Assembly (NCBI RefSeq): GCF_001194135.2
Contig: NC_068989.1
Span: 21,820,036 to 21,884,035, forward strand
DNA from: Octopus bimaculoides
Taxonomy: Eukaryota
Reading direction: 5' to 3'
DNA length: 64,000 bases
In this document: piece after piece, positions 52,671 through 64,000 of the stretch
Position numbering within the stretch: position 1 is the first letter of the stretch
How the letters are laid out: each line of letters starts with the position of its first letter
Notes under the pieces: generated by a model
Seen by the model: the letters and a program-made list of their open reading frames with translations, nothing else
Told to the model about the DNA's origin: nothing
Database searches by the model: none
Program-made: the position numbers and the translations under genes

Positions 52671-52880
52671 GAGAGAAATATAGAGATGGAAGAGAGAGAG
52701 AGAAAGAGAGAGTAAGTGAGAGAGTAGTAGTAGCAGAGGAAAAGACTAAAGAAAAACGTGACACAAACACGCGCACATACATATTTTATATATATAGTCA
52801 GCAGAAGTTATAGTGACTGAAGGATTGTGTGGTACTACTAAAGCAGCACGGTCCCGAACGCGCAGCCGCGCGTCCGCGCC

Positions 52881-53041
52881 AGCCAGTCGTGAGTGGTCGA
52901 TCCCAACCCCAACCCTAACCCTAAACACGTATTCATTTGCACACGCGGGTTAGGGTTAGGGTTAGGGATAGGGTTAGGGACAGGGTTAGGGTTAGGGTTA
53001 GAGACAGGGTCAGGGCTAGGATCGACCACTCACGACTAGCT
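52881..53041. repeat. Palindromic element: 23-bp IR enclosing (CCCTAA)-like and (TTAGGG)-like arrays
   Basis: agccagtcgtgagtggtcgatcc / ggatcgaccactcacgactagct match at 22 of 23 positions. About 3 C-rich hexamers, a spacer, then about 11 G-rich hexamers. Confidence 0.9.
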
Positions 53042-54019
53042 AGTGNNNNNNNNNNNNNNNNNNNNNNNNNNNNNNNNNNNNNNNNNNNNNNNNNNNNNNN
53101 NNNNNNNNNNNNNNNNNNNNNNNNNNNNNNNNNNNNNNNNNNNNNNNNNNNNNNNNNNNNNNNNNNNNNNNNNNNNNNNNNNNNNNNNNNNNNNNNNNNN
53201 NNNNNNNNNNNNNNNNNNNNNNNNNNNNNNNNNNNNNNNNNNNNNNNNNNNNNNNNNNNNNNNNNNNNNNNNNNNNNNNNNNNNNNNNNNNNNNNNNNNN
53301 NNNNNNNNNNNNNNNNNNNNNNNNNNNNNNNNNNNNNNNNNNNNNNNNNNNNNNNNNNNNNNNNNNNNNNNNNNNNNNNNNNNNNNNNNNNNNNNNNNNN
53401 NNNNNNNNNNNNNNNNNNNNNNNNNNNNNNNNNNNNNNNNNNNNNNNNNNNNNNNNNNNNNNNNNNNNNNNNNNNNNNNNNNNNNNNNNNNNNNNNNNNN
53501 NNNNNNNNNNNNNNNNNNNNNNNNNNNNNNNNNNNNNNNNNNNNNNNNNNNNNNNNNNNNNNNNNNNNNNNNNNNNNNNNNNNNNNNNNNNNNNNNNNNN
53601 NNNNNNNNNNNNNNNNNNNNNNNNNNNNNNNNNNNNNNNNNNNNNNNNNNNNNNNNNNNNNNNNNNNNNNNNNNNNNNNNNNNNNNNNNNNNNNNNNNNN
53701 NNNNNNNNNNNNNNNNNNNNNNNNNNNNNNNNNNNNNNNNNNNNNNNNNNNNNNNNNNNNNNNNNNNNNNNNNNNNNNNNNNNNNNNNNNNNNNNNNNNN
53801 NNNNNNNNNNNNNNNNNNNNNNNNNNNNNNNNNNNNNNNNNNNNNNNNNNNNNNNNNNNNNNNNNNNNNNNNNNNNNNNNNNNNNNNNNNNNNNNNNNNN
53901 NNNNNNNNNNNNNNNNNNNNNNNNNNNNNNNNNNNNNNNNNNNNNNNNNNNNNNNNNNNNNNNNNNGAGTTAAAGCTATTTATAACAAACTATGAGCTCC
54001 CGAAGGCTTCAGAATTTTA

Positions 54020-54125
54020 CTCTATCACGTGACCTTATTAGGGGCCGTGATTGGTCAGTTTGCGTTCTGGCGGGAAAGGTTCGAAGAAGTTGCCGATTCG
54101 AATAATGATCAGTCACGTGATGACA
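54020..54125. promoter_or_regulatory. Candidate CpG-rich promoter motif cluster
   Basis: E-boxes TCACGTGAC (54025) and GTCACGTGA (54112), ATTGG (54050) and E2F-type TGGCGGGAAA (54068), all within 100 bp. Confidence 0.45.
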
Positions 54126-54342
54126 AGGTTAATGGGTTCTCTACTACGCTCGCATTTATTTATATTTAAATGAGAAGGTTGTATGTAATGGCGATAGTAG
54201 TTTGTATCTAATGACGGGAGGTAGTTTCACTACACATTGATTTGCCCGGGTGCCTATAATGTTACCAGGATGGCTATGTCTCCAGGTAAATGCCTTCAGG
54301 AAAATCTTGGATGAGGAAGGATCTAGAGGGTCTGTTCTGAAT

Positions 54343-54545
54343 GTAGCGAGCTGGCAGAATCGTTAGCATGCAGCGCAAAATGCTTGGCGGCATTTCGTCG
54401 GTCTTTATATTCTGAGTTCAAATTCCGCAAAGGTAGACTTTGCCTTTCATCTTTTCGAAGTCGATAAAATTAATACCAGTAGAACATGGGAGTGAATGTA
54501 ATCGACTTACTCCTCCTCAGAAATTGCTGGCCAAATTTTGAAACT
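54343..54545 (+). mobile_element. SINE family A
   Basis: gcgagctggcagaatcgttagc...gagttcaaattccgc...gactttgcctttcatc. Confidence 0.85.
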
Positions 54546-54735
54546 AATTTACCTGAAATACAATACAATGTCTCAGAGCCAGTGATGGAGTCAGTACATA
54601 GTCGATCGGCGTGCTTGAAATAACAGCCAAATCTGTATAAGAAATGGGATGGTTGTGATCGGAAAGTCTTTCATAATTTGTCTGCTCTATCAGAGTTGAC
54701 TTGGTGTTAAGAAAACACAACAACGAATTACTTAC

Positions 54736-54796
54736 ATTGGATTTTAACTGATGGTATATGAGCAAGTAAGGAGCTCCATTCACATTGGCTGAGCAG
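54736..54796 (-). other. Candidate 61-nt spliced exon (coding status unknown)
   Basis: Strong acceptor ttcttcatatattttcttcAG| and donor |GTAAGT. Two of three frames are open (CSANVNGAPYLLIYHQLKSN or LLSQCEWSSLLAHIPSVKIQ). Confidence 0.4.
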
Positions 54797-54989
54797 CTGA
54801 AGAAAATATATGAAGAAGTATAAGTAATGAATGATTGTGATGACGATGATGATAATGATGACGATGATAATGATGATGACGATGGTGGTGGTGGTGGTGA
54901 TGATGATGATGATGATCTTCATCATCATCATCATCATCGTCGTCATCATCATTGTTCAGTCCTGCTGACACAGGAGGACCTACAACTAT

Positions 54990-57900
54990 CATTCTCTAAC
55001 CTACAGGCTTATACTTAATGCCATCCTATCAACTGTTGCCGTTTTTGGAAATCTCGCCCATATTTCAGTAAATTCACTGTAAATTTCTGTAAAGGACAGT
55101 ACCTTTCTCTCCATTCTCACTTTTTCTCCTACCACCACCACTCCACACACACATAAAACTTGAAAAAGTCGTCGAGTGCCCCGTAACAAAAGATAAGCTT
55201 CAGCTTCTCGAACCTCTCAACATCCTCCACCACACTACCTCTTTCATTATGGCTATGAGAGGAAAACTGTTTTTCTTGCATGATGGAAGAAGGGTGGGTT
55301 GGCAGTTCTCACGATGGACTTGGCCGATAGCTGGATCCCTTCCAGGCGCTATTGCAGTTGTTCGTCATAAAGTTCACACGTCAACAATTCCCGGACACTG
55401 AAATAGTGAGTGCAAAAACAGTTTTGTCACTCAGAGTGCATATCTGAAAAGCCTATCTGACGGTATTTCCGGGCTGTAGAGTTTATCCCAAATCAATAGC
55501 ACTCCTCGGTAGAACAGCCAGGCCAAGGATTTCTGAAATTTATCTAAAGTAGACCCCAACTTGAAAGTTTTTTCAGAACAGGTCAGTCAGGCCGTCCTCA
55601 TTGAGACCCAGAGTTTCCCCGAGATTGTTGCCGCTCTCCCTTGCTATTAGACTTTTATGCATTGCTAATGTGAAATTTCCACCGGTCCGACTTCAAAGAG
55701 GACAGTAAGCGTTTGATGACTCTTAGATGCCAAGCAACCGTTTTTTTTTTTTAATCCAAGACTGCAACTCCGTCAAAGAGATGAGCTCCGGAAAGATATG
55801 GCCTTCATATGGAAACTACACCAGTCCGCCAATCAAGAATTTCTGCAGGTAGCCTTAGCTCGTGTCTGCACATAAACAGCCGTAGCATACCGAGCCATCC
55901 TAATAGAAGACGCTAGCGACAGAAGGTCCACGCGTTCCTTACACGAAAAGGTGTAAAGGATGCGTTCCAGATTAGAGCATATACCCCAATCTGATTAAGC
56001 GGAAACTGGAGGAAGACTCAACGGTCAAATGATAAATTATGACTGAGTTGCTGTAAGCGACCGCCATTTCTACACAACCTTTCGCGAATGGCTTACTTTC
56101 AGCCCATGCTTTGGTAAGGCTAGCAAGCCACTTTGATTGTAACCGTCCAAGTACCGATGCATATGGACGTCAAGGTCGAATCAGATCCCGAGAAGTTTAA
56201 CTAGTTCCACAGCGATGTCCGATAACGTGGGCCTACCGTATTTGCCGCACCCGTGTATAAACCGCATCCCCGATTTTCGGTCCCCGACGGGGAAGAAATG
56301 TGGGGGAAACCGGGAAATAACTGGGGCTAATGAAAAAGGAGAAATGCAGGATGAATACAAAATTCAGTTTCATGATGATTTCATACTTAACAAACAATTC
56401 CCACTGCTATCATTAATATTCATAATCATTAAGGGAAAGGATAAAGTCCAGGTTTTAAATGCAAGAGATAAGAGAACGTCTTTTTATTATGTGTGTTTAT
56501 ATGATTTATTCATATTGTAATCTTTATATTCTTTCTTGACAATGTGTGGTCCTAAAAAGGACCGACCCTAATGGGTAGAGAGTTCATTCAAAGCCCAAGA
56601 ACCCTTCGTCGTCAGACGACTTGTTGAAGACCTCGTAGAGTTGATCGTCTGCATATGCCAGTTCATCCTCGTTATCGCTGGAAGAGTCGAGAGAGATGGC
56701 GTCGTCTTCCCACAAGATGTCATCTTCTGTGTCGTCGAGCGCGTTGGATATGCAGCACTTCAGGAAAGCCCGCTTGATGATGTCTTCTGGAATCTCCTCC
56801 CAGACCTTCAGGATCCACTCGCAGATCGTCCCCAAGTCGACTTTCTTCGTGTACCCCGTCTTTGTAATTCCCTTTGGTGTATTAGCCATCCAATCCTCCC
56901 AGCGGTGCTTGAGACGGTCCTTAAACGGCTTGTTGATTGCAACATCAAAAGGTTGAAGAAGGGATGTCATTCCTCCGGGGATCATTACCACGTCGATGTT
57001 CAGACGACGTATCATCGCCTTGGTTTTTTCTGACTTGGGACATCTGAATGCGTCCAGGATCAGGAGACTCCTTCTCTGATGCAGTCCACTGATGCACCTC
57101 CCCCACACTACACGAAACTAGTCCTCGATGAGTGCCTGGTCCATCCAACCTTTCGCTTGGGCTCGAACGATGACCCTTCCGGAAGCTTGGCGTTTCTGGG
57201 TAGTGTCTTCCTCTTGAAGACAACGTACGGTGACAGCTTTCCTCCGTCAGCCGTGCAAACCAGCATCACCGTAAAACAATCATTCTCGTGACCTGTCGTG
57301 ACGATTTCCCCTGTCTTCTCCCCGTTCTCAGCAACAGTTGTCGCCATCGGAAGATCGAACGTGTGGGGAGTTTGGTTTGCGTTGCCGATGCGGCTCAGAG
57401 AGTACTGATGTTATAAGAGCGTATGACGAACAAAATGGAGATGACACTGAAATAAGAATATTTAAACAGCTGTTTTACTAGCTTTAACGGCAAAAATTGT
57501 CAGGGGAGCTAGTACGACGTGAATCTTGGATAATTACATGAAATAATGTCCGGGTTTTAGACTGACTTTTCCTTCTACCCGTGTATAAACCGCACTCACC
57601 TTTTCCTGGATTTTTCGTCAGAAAAAGTGCGGTTAATACACCGGCAAATACGGTACTTCTCTTGAGTGTCAAACTGAAATCCTACAGGCATTTTCGGAAT
57701 TATCAGTCCTCCAGCAACCGTCTCATAGTCTTGTAGTGTCGATAACTTTTACGGTGATATCGTCCGACACAGATCTCTCGAATCCCATCTCAAAATGGAG
57801 ACATCTTAATAGTTTTAGCTTCCGCAATAATAACTCGAGAACCAGGATGTACAGAAGATGTGAAAGAGAACATCATCTGCAGACTGAGTGTGAAATATGA

Positions 57901-59100
57901 AACCGTTCCGATAGCTGGCCGTTCATTCTGATCACTGAACAGATGCTGCTGTGCATTACTGCAATCCAGCTACTGAAAACGAATACGAAACCGTCTGCTT
58001 TCAGAACGGTTGCCTATCACCAATGGTCGACCCCATTGAAGGCTTTCGACTCATCCAAATTGATCGTACTTCAACCATAGCCAGTTTTATTTCCAACACT
58101 TTCAATTATATATCGCATAAGGTAGCGGTTGTCGCGGAATGGTCTATTGAGGATAACAGAGGTTTGCGCTTCCAAGACCAAATCACCATCGATAAGCGCC
58201 AACATTTTTGCTAATACCGTGGCCAAAATTTCAAACTCTCCATTTATTGGTGTTACTAACTGGAAATTATCCCTAACATTTTCCTTATTGGCGTAATTTC
58301 TCCCCAGCTCACAGAACAGGCAATTCTCCAGATCTGCTACCACTTGAGATATATGTCAACCACGAGGTCACCAAATAAGTGTAACATATAATCATAAATC
58401 TGGTATGCAGACTATTCAATTCGGTTGTGATGCCTTTTCAAATTGCCTGGTCTAGCATGCTTATTAGCTACTCTTCCACTCTATTTCTGTCTATCTCTAG
58501 CTCTTTACTAAACGCCAACAATTTTGATCTAATTTCCTTCTTTAAGGCGCCTCACCACCGTTTATGATAGTCCCAGTCAACTGTTGTTTGACTAGCCCGT
58601 TAATCTGATCCATGTAATCTTTGTGAACTGGAAGAGATGTGTTCCACTTATAACAGTTAGGTTCCTATGAATCAACCGTGCATATCACAAATTTGTGGAA
58701 TGTAAGTCGACCAGTATAAATTATGGCCTCCCAACAGTTTCCCTGACGAACACTCTAAGTACGAGCAAGATGACCCATAATGGTTGCTCCATGTTCAAAC
58801 GGGCGCTTTTGAGAAATTTAGTCAGTACCTATCAGACAGTTGGAAATGTCCGAGTAGGTTTCCATTTTTTTTTTTTTTACCGCATCGTACATTTAAAATA
58901 CAATTCCAATCCTCCTACTTGTCTTAAAGCATTAAATGTTCCCAAGAAAGTGAAGTATTCTTTGAAAGGCTTTTTGATGGCCTGTTTTTGTCAACTCTTT
59001 TCCTGAAATTTCTAGCAACCTCCCGAGAAATTATACGTGAGCGCCTTGTCTATGTCCACTGATGTTTTTATTAAAATTTTGTCTTTGGGTGTTTGGAGAA
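54990..59100 (-). mobile_element. Decayed L1/Tx1-clade LINE ORF2 relic, interrupted by the pogo element
   Basis: RT motifs ILATVLAK..AQTSVILNR..DN.YLMRYII, NLDESKAFNGVDH, SVIRMNGQLS and SDDITV. C-terminal KVRMERKVLS..W. The reading continues across the insertion site. Boundaries are approximate. Confidence 0.8.
56236..57653 (-). mobile_element. pogo-family (POGK/Tigger-like) DNA transposon, internally deleted, 1418 bp
   Basis: TIR CCGTATTTGCCG at both ends, TA TSD at 56234-35 and 57654-55. DDE_1-type ORF pieces GNANQTP, LILDAF and LLQPFDVAINKPFK with an acidic tail. Frameshift near 57108. Confidence 0.93.
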
Positions 59101-59159
59101 TAAATTCCTCAGATTCTTCCCTTTTATTGCTTTGTATTGCCATGATATATAGTCCATCA

Positions 59160-59708
59160 ACTCACTGTTGTTTTTGCTTATTTATAACAATAATGTTATA
59201 AATAATAACTTCCCAGGGGCCATGCTGTAAGAGCACCGTTTTCTGTAGTCTTTGAATCAGCTTTCTCCTTTCTGGTTTTGAGAAGCCTAATTTCTCAAGA
59301 TTGATATTTAGGCAGTGCATTATATATCCCAGTGTCCCAATAATTACAGGTATAAATATGAACTTGTAATCTGGATAGAGTAACTGTAAATTTCTCAATA
59401 GTTCAGCGTAGGTATTTTCTTTTTCTCTGTTCTTTAACTTTATGTTAACATCCGTTGGGCAGCTGATTTCCACAACTGTACACAGTTTCTCTTCTCTATC
59501 CCAAATCATATTGTCAGGCTATTGCGTTTATATTTTATTGAGGTTTTCACTAGGACATTCCATCAGTACTCCTTTTTATTTTGAATGGCTATGACTTCCA
59601 CCATACTGTGGGTTCTTATTTCTTTGTGCTTGGGGGTTATCCTTTCGACGGATCTCGTTATACAGTGTCCTAGCTGCAACATGTCTCGTTGGTAGATAAT
59701 ACCGTGAT
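59160..59708 (-). mobile_element. Fragment of an R4/Dong-like non-LTR element (restriction-like endonuclease domain)
   Basis: PDNMIWDREEKLCTVVEISCPTDVNI..KENTYAELL...IPVIIGTLG, with an upstream His (RHVAA). Confidence 0.75.
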
Positions 59709-59722
59709 ATGTATGTATGTGT

Positions 59723-60090
59723 GGAGGCGCAATAGCCCAGTGATTAGAGCAGCGGACTCGCGGTCATAGTATCGCAGTTTCGATTCCCAGACCGGGCGTC
59801 GTGAGTGTTTATTGAGCGAAAACACCTAAAGCTCCACAAGGCTCCGGCAGGGGATGGTGGCGAACCCTGCTGTACTCTTTCACCACAACTTTCTCTCACT
59901 CTTACTTCCTGTTTCTGTTGTACCTGTAATTCAAAGGGTCAGCCTTGTCACACTGTGTCACGCTGAATATCCCCGAGAACTACGTTAAGGGTACACGTGT
60001 CTGTGGATTGCTCAGCCACTTGCACGTTAATTTCACGAGCAGGCTGTTCCGTTGATCGGATCGACTGGAACCCTCACGGAGTGCCAACAA
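59723..60090 (+). mobile_element. SINE family B1, second copy
   Basis: Colinear with 40223-40601 and flanked on both sides by (ATGT)n. Confidence 0.9.
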
Positions 60091-61751
60091 AATGTATGTA
60101 TGTATGTATGTATGTATGTATGTATGCATGCACGTATGTATTCATACAAGTGAAAATATGTAATATAACTGTGTGTACAATTGTACGTATACATGTGAGC
60201 ATAAATTTATGCACACGTTTCAAGGTATGGTAATACAAGCAGGAAAATTATTCAAAGCATGAGTATATATATATATATATATTATTTATTTAATCGGCAG
60301 AAGTTAGTGTGTGTGGCTTTTGAACCACTTTGTAACTCCTGTTGATTAAATAAAAAAAATACATACGTACACATGGATTTGTCAACACATGAATATGCTT
60401 AAGTGTGTATGGATATCTATGCATGCATGTCTATGTGCGTATCTTTGTGTATATATAGGTGTTCTTTTGTGCGATTATGTATATTCATATATGTATGTGT
60501 TCTTTATTTAGTCGACGAAAGTATTATATTATTTTATGAATAGTCGAGTAAGTAATGGGCCACGATCGTAGAGGCATGTGTGTAACTGATTTAATCAAAT
60601 TTCATAGTATCTTACTGGAATTTATTTATTCAATATCGACGCATAAGGTGCAACAGAGAAAATTTCGACTATGAAATTTGAATATTACTTGGTAAGAAGA
60701 AGTAACTCTTAATGTTAGAGTTATTTCCCTTGGTCCATTATTTCAGCAGATGTCATAAGCCTGTAGTTACATCTATCTATTATTAAATTGCTGGTTAAAT
60801 GATGCGTGTACTTTTTGTGTCAGTGATTCGTAATATTATTTCTATATATTTATCGTCCTAAAATGAGAGGATTTTCTCTCCACTTTATAAAATCAAGAAA
60901 TTTTAAATTTTAATTGCGACTCAGCATGTTACAGCAGATTTCTTTTCATTCGAAATCGGATTCCCGACCTTAAGATCGTCAGCTGAATACCTTAACCACT
61001 AAGCCACGCATCTTCAACTAGAGTGATCTAAATTAATTAGAGCTCCACCAAAGGGAAGCTTTTAACCTATACTTTCAACGATGTATCGCACGAGCTGGAT
61101 GATGTCCTAGATGAAAGCATCGGAATCGGATGGATCTGTGCAGAAATGATAGCATTCACGATCAAAGCGCCAGAATTTATATTAGTACCTTGACCAAACG
61201 TTTTAATGCAAAGTTATGAGTTTTTGAAATTATCGATGATGTCCCATTTGTTTGCGTCCTTCTTCAGCAGCGTTGCCTGGCTCACACAATCAAGAATTCT
61301 CTCGCTGGCGCATCTGAGCTCATACCACAAGGAATTTTCTGTTTCACACAACTAGGAATGCTCGCTTGTTGGACAACCCAGCCAAACTCGGCGAGTTGCT
61401 CCTCGTCCAACAAATTAGTATCTCACACATCTCAGCTACTATTATCGGCTTTTCGCACATCACGCAGTTCAGGGAGAGCCACCACGGCTTGCCGTCAAAA
61501 CAAGCCTTAAGGTCCACTGTCACCGGTTTGTCGCTACCGATTTTTTTTTCTTTTGTTTTACTTCTAACTAGTGACCATTCAATTTGTGATCCTGTTTTAA
61601 CTACAGAAGCTTTACAGAAAAAGGAAAAAAAAAAATCATATTTCACTAATTAGTTTACGCTGTTGTCAGCTGATAAAATTTAAAGTATGTTCTTCAATGC
61701 AATTTTTTTAGTTCATGTAGTGGAAGAAACATGTGGTATTCATTTTAAATA

Positions 61752-62155
61752 TTCTTTTCTACTCTAGGCACAAGGCCCGAAATTTTGGGGAAGGGGCCAG
61801 TCGATTAGACCGACCTCCAGTACGCAACTGGTACTTAATTTATCGACCGCGAAAAGATGAAAGGCAAAGTCGACCTCGGTGGAATTTGAACTCAAAACGT
61901 AAAGACAGATGAAATACCGCTAAGCATTTCGCCCGGCGTGCTAACGTTTCTTTTCTACTCTAGGCATAAAGCTCGAAATTTTAGGGAGGGGACCAGTCGA
62001 TTAGATCGACTCCAGACACAACTGGTACTTAATTTATCGACCCCGAAAAGATGAAAGGCAAAGTCGACCTTGGTGGAATTTGAACGCAGAAGACTGACGA
62101 AATACCAGTAAGCATTATCGCTCGGCATTCTAACGTTTCTGCCGGCTCACCGCCT
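61752..62155 (-). mobile_element. Head-to-tail dimer of SINE family A
   Basis: ttttctactctaggcacaaggcccg unit at 61757 and again at 61951. Confidence 0.9.
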
Positions 62156-62422
62156 TTTAATTTGAAATATTAGGAGAAATTTTACTTTGTGATTTCCAAG
62201 ACAAGGGAGGTAACTGTTAGTATATGTGTTTCACGATGGTAAATTATGACATTACACAGGGCGCAACCATTACTCTGCGTATTAGGTACGTCGTACATCA
62301 TAAACTCGTGACGTCACACTTTGTGTGCACTTCTAAACGTAAAGTCACTTCCATTACATCCCATCTCTCTTCCTTGCAAACATTGCAAGAGATATTATTG
62401 TAGTCAATATACACACAAAGCA

Positions 62423-62735
62423 AGGCGGCGAGCTGGCAGAAACGTTAGCACGCCGGTCGACGTAATCGACTTAATCCCTTTGTCTGTCCTTGTTTGTCTC
62501 CTCTATGTTTAGTCCCTTGTGGGCAATAAAGAAATCAGAATCGTTAGCACGCCGGGGGAAATGCTTAGCGGTATTTCGTCTGCCGTTACGTTCTGAGTTC
62601 AAATTCCGCCGAGGTCGACTTTGCCTTTCATCCTTTCGGGGTCGATAAATTAAGTACCAGTGGCTTACTGTGGTCGATCTAATCGACTGGCGCCCCTCCC
62701 CCAAAATTTCGGGCCTTGTGCCTAGAGTAGAAAAG
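62423..62735 (+). mobile_element. SINE family A (head fragment plus near-complete copy)
   Basis: ggcggcgagctggcagaaacgttagc at 62424 and gaatcgttagcacgccggg...gggccttgtgcctagagtag at 62537-62730. Confidence 0.9.
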
Positions 62736-63027
62736 AATATACACACGAAGTTTAAGTTATGACAATATTTGGAACTTATATTATCAACTTCAAATAAACC
62801 CAGTTTTATATCCATTATCATTTCGATAAAGCAGCTTTCTTCAGAGTCCATGAATATATCTTTTTCAAATTTAACTGTCCATAAATGGTTTTTTTTTCTC
62901 TTTTTTCATTAAGAAAATAATCTTTTTAACTTCTTCAAACGTGGAAAGAATAATGAAATATGCTTTCTAGCAATTAACACAGTTCAACTTGTTAACTTGA
63001 AATTCAACATTTAACACAGTTTATGAA

Positions 63028-64000
63028 TCCCTCTTTTCTTGGAGCACTTCTCGAATTCAACAGTTCTTGATATCAATCCCAATGTTGGTTTTTCTTCCGG
63101 ATCTTGTAGATTGATTACAGATAGTGTTCGTTGTCTCAGACTCATTTGTATCACAGCTCATAGTTTCTTCACATTCTCCATTTGGCTGAACTGTTGGATT
63201 CTCAGCAGCTGTCCGCAGATGACGGCGATTTCGTCGATACTGTTTTGCATCTAACGTCGTTATGTTGTAGGATCTTGGTGCGTCATCAACTGATTTGACA
63301 ACTCCAGGCTTCCATGACTGTTTTTCTTGAATCCTGACATGCTGTCCAGGAATCAAGGGAGGTAACTCTCTACTACCTCTGTCGTAGTAGCACTTTTGCT
63401 TGTCTTGACGTGCTTTCAGCTGATCATGTAGCCATTTCTGGCTCTGAGCATGCACTTTGTCACTCTGAAATGAGCATCATGATTTCTCTTCAATATTTCT
63501 GTATTTAGTGTTGTAGGAACTACAACTTTGTCAGCTTTGAAGATGAGGTCATCAACAATAGTCAGTTCATCTTGAATATTCCAGCAGTCTCTCGCACTTG
63601 CTGGAACATCATTTCTGTTTTCTGGCCATCCGCACAGAATCACTGATTTCAGATGTTGCAGTCGTGGGTCATTTGCTGTGGCAATCCTGAATTCGCTCAG
63701 CTTTCCTGAGGTCATTGGTAGTTGTGATATTAGGTCCACATCACACTCGGTTTCATCAAACCAATCATTGCTTGCTTGAAGATATGTCCTGCTCAAGGCA
63801 TCTGCAACAATCAGTACTTTGCCGGGTCTGTAGGTAACTTGAAGATAATACTTCTGTAGACTCAGCCACATTCTCTGCAACCTCTGAGGAGCTCTACTCA
63901 AAGGTTTCTGAAACATGATTTCAAGGGGCTTTGTTTTCCCGTAGATGTACTGATGAAACTTCTCACATCCTACCATCTCTTTCTCAATCTGCGCTTACTA
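63028..64000 (-). mobile_element. Ty3/Gypsy LTR-retrotransposon pol fragment (RNase H end to post-integrase tail), running off the window
   Basis: YAQIEKEM..CEKFHQYIYG, PQRLQRM.L.LQ.Y, VADALSR, WPENR, EILKRNHDAH, KQKCYYDR, RSY..YRRNRRHL and TRSGR. A polypurine-tract-like AAGAAAAGAGGGA lies at 63028-63040. Confidence 0.92.

Noticed and set aside
52904-53018. Ancient telomere fusion site
   Set aside because: The repeat order (C-rich then G-rich) is opposite to a fusion, the arrays are short, and they are enclosed by a non-telomeric IR.
54678-54692. 15-nt match ttgtctgctctatca to the sequence just upstream of the candidate ATG
   Set aside because: Matches of this length are expected by chance in 64 kb of AT-rich DNA.
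54728-55018. Poly-Asp, poly-His and poly-Ile ORFs
   Set aside because: They are translations of a trinucleotide microsatellite.
62471-62851. 126-aa ORF, and similar ORFs over SINE or family D copies (5820, 5912, 40350, 41879, 59997)
   Set aside because: They are readings of non-coding repeat consensus sequence.

Overview
This is AT-rich, repeat-dense eukaryotic (metazoan) DNA from a gapped draft assembly, with nine N-runs. The repeat content resembles what I recall from octopus genomes; that is an inference and is not verified. There is no intact long gene, rRNA, tRNA or CRISPR array, and almost all ORFs in the track are artefacts of microsatellites, gaps or SINEs. Transposon relics I can support are three mariner pieces, a pogo-family element nested in an L1/Tx1 LINE, CR1-like, HERO-like and R4-like LINE fragments, a Gypsy pol fragment, hAT and piggyBac-type MITEs, several tRNA-derived SINE families and RTE-like 3' ends. 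The main non-obvious structure is a colinear, same-orientation segmental duplication (about 2.8-21.9 kb versus 43.4-52.7 kb). Its flanks are diverged, but a ~750-bp core is essentially identical. That core holds a candidate CCAAT/YY1 promoter and first coding exon (MADIVGLTPSILAGFDKYK, minus strand). A candidate 35-nt exon is also kept in both copies. Each promoter copy has a different palindromic element upstream, one of them built from telomere-type CCCTAA/TTAGGG repeats. I found no convincing evidence of a wholly new biological system; the findings are candidates that need checking.
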